Assembly: GCF_035594765.1 (NCBI RefSeq)
Contig: NC_085845.1
Location: 28,328,024-28,392,023 of the forward strand
Direction of reading: 5' to 3'
Length of the DNA stretch: 64,000 nucleotides
Origin: Anolis carolinensis
Taxonomy: Eukaryota
The notes beneath the pieces were generated by a model, which saw only the letters and a program-made list of their open reading frames with translations, was not told the origin of the DNA and did not search any database. Shown here piece by piece: positions 62,621 to 64,000 of the stretch (position 1 is its first letter; every line of letters begins with the position of its first letter). A program made the translations under genes and the position numbers.

Positions 62621-63597
62621 GGACCCACTACCACCATATCCCCCCGATTAGAGCCTCATCGCTTTCAGTATCCTCATCACCAATTCTCCTGACATCGTTT
62701 ATATAGATATTTTTATTATTATTGTTATGATCTGAGATGGGTTGAGGGCTTTTCTTTCAAAAGCTCCGAGGGTGGGAAGGGAATTGCTCTTTTCAAAGGG
62801 GTGGAGGTTTCTAATTCACTCTCCCCTTCCCCAAGGAAGCCTCTCCGGAGAGGGCAAATAATAGTTATCTGAACATCTTCAGACAAATCTGGAACAAGGA
62901 TGTTTTTCTAGGGCTGCTTTGTTAAGCCTTCCCCTTTTTGGAGAAGGAGGGGGAGCGCATATATTTCAAATTGTTTGGTGGCTGGAAATGGAGGGTGTGG
63001 GGAGAGGGAGAGAAGGCTCATGTGGGTGTTTTTGTTTGTTTATATTTACAGTTTTAGAAAAAGATACACAGAGAAAGAGAGGAAGGGAGGGGAAAGGCGT
63101 CGTTACGAAATGGGAAGGCAGGGAGAGAGGAAAAGGGATCAGAAATGAGCAGGCAAAATAGGGTTAGCAGCAGGCAGGTATCATAAAGGACCCCTGGATG
63201 CTTACTTGGAAGGTAAATCCAGAGAGAGAGAAACCATTCAAGGTCTTTCTGTGTACATCTTATGTGGCAATATGTCACATTGAATTGAATGGTATGGTCA
63301 CTTCAACAAGTCATAGAGTCGGGCTGTGTCTTCTTTTCAAAACAAATATCCTACCGATAGTCTTTTCCTATTGTAAATAAACCTTTTGTGATTTTTAAGA
63401 TTAGACTGTGCATCTTTGCTTGCCTAAACTCTGAATTCTTTACAGCCACATCACACGCTCTGCTGGCTCATGAGCTGAATGCTCAACTTTTAGTATCCTG
63501 TTTTATTTTTGGATGCTCTGCTATATTTTAGGGTAGCTTTCCCAAACAAAAAGGGTGATTAACTGAAACATTAATGCTAGCTTCCAACTGACAAAAG

Positions 63598-63797
63598 ACT
63601 CTTGTCACACCCTGGACTCTCCACAGATATATATTTTTTCCTTTCCTTGCCTAGTTTATCCATGCCTCACAACCTCTGAGGATGCCTGCCATAGATGTGG
63701 GCGAAACGTCAGGAGAGAATACTTTTGGAACATGGTCACACAGCCCGAAAGACATACAACAACCCTGTGATCCCGGCCATGAAAGCCTTCGACAACC
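63598..63797 (+). mobile_element. Penelope pLTR fragment
   Basis: Ends CCGGCCATGAAAGCCTTCGACAAC. Confidence 0.85.
63673..63713 (+). ncRNA. Minimal hammerhead ribozyme motif
   Basis: Intact core inside pLTR fragment 63598-63797. Confidence 0.8.
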
Positions 63798-64000
63798 AAA
63801 AAGGGTTTTCTATGCGTTTCTCTTTCTTCTATACGTACAGTAATTGAAATGTGCCATAGTTGGCATTCGAACGTGGAATAAAACATGGCATCGATATATA
63901 ATAGGATTGGACATACCATATTATATCTGTCTATATAATCGAACATGGTATGTGTGTATGCATTGCATACATATAGTGGAAATGGGCCAACATTAGTTGA

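Overview
Vertebrate genomic DNA, very probably a squamate (Anolis-type repeats: Sauria SINE, 5S-derived SINE, Penelope/Poseidon, CR1, RTE, R4/Dong, hAT, Tc1-mariner and Harbinger MITEs). The only host protein-coding gene I can support is the 5' part of LEF1 on the minus strand. Coding exons 1-3 (56465-56238, 50153-50090, 48600-48467) splice in frame into 142 aa with the beta-catenin-binding N-terminus. Positions 1-48466 belong to the large intron 3; I did not find exon 4. The GC/CpG-rich promoter and 5' region (about 53.7-60.9 kb) is broken up by a dense cluster of Penelope-like retroelements. Their pseudo-LTRs carry minimal type I hammerhead ribozyme motifs (CCU CUGAGGA U stem-II GAAACGUC AGG). 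Two intact LEF1-sense copies bracket coding exon 1. A roughly 3 kb nested TE block with an 8-bp target-site duplication lies between the presumed promoter and the start codon. There are two assembly gaps. Family names come from recalled consensus sequences, not database searches.
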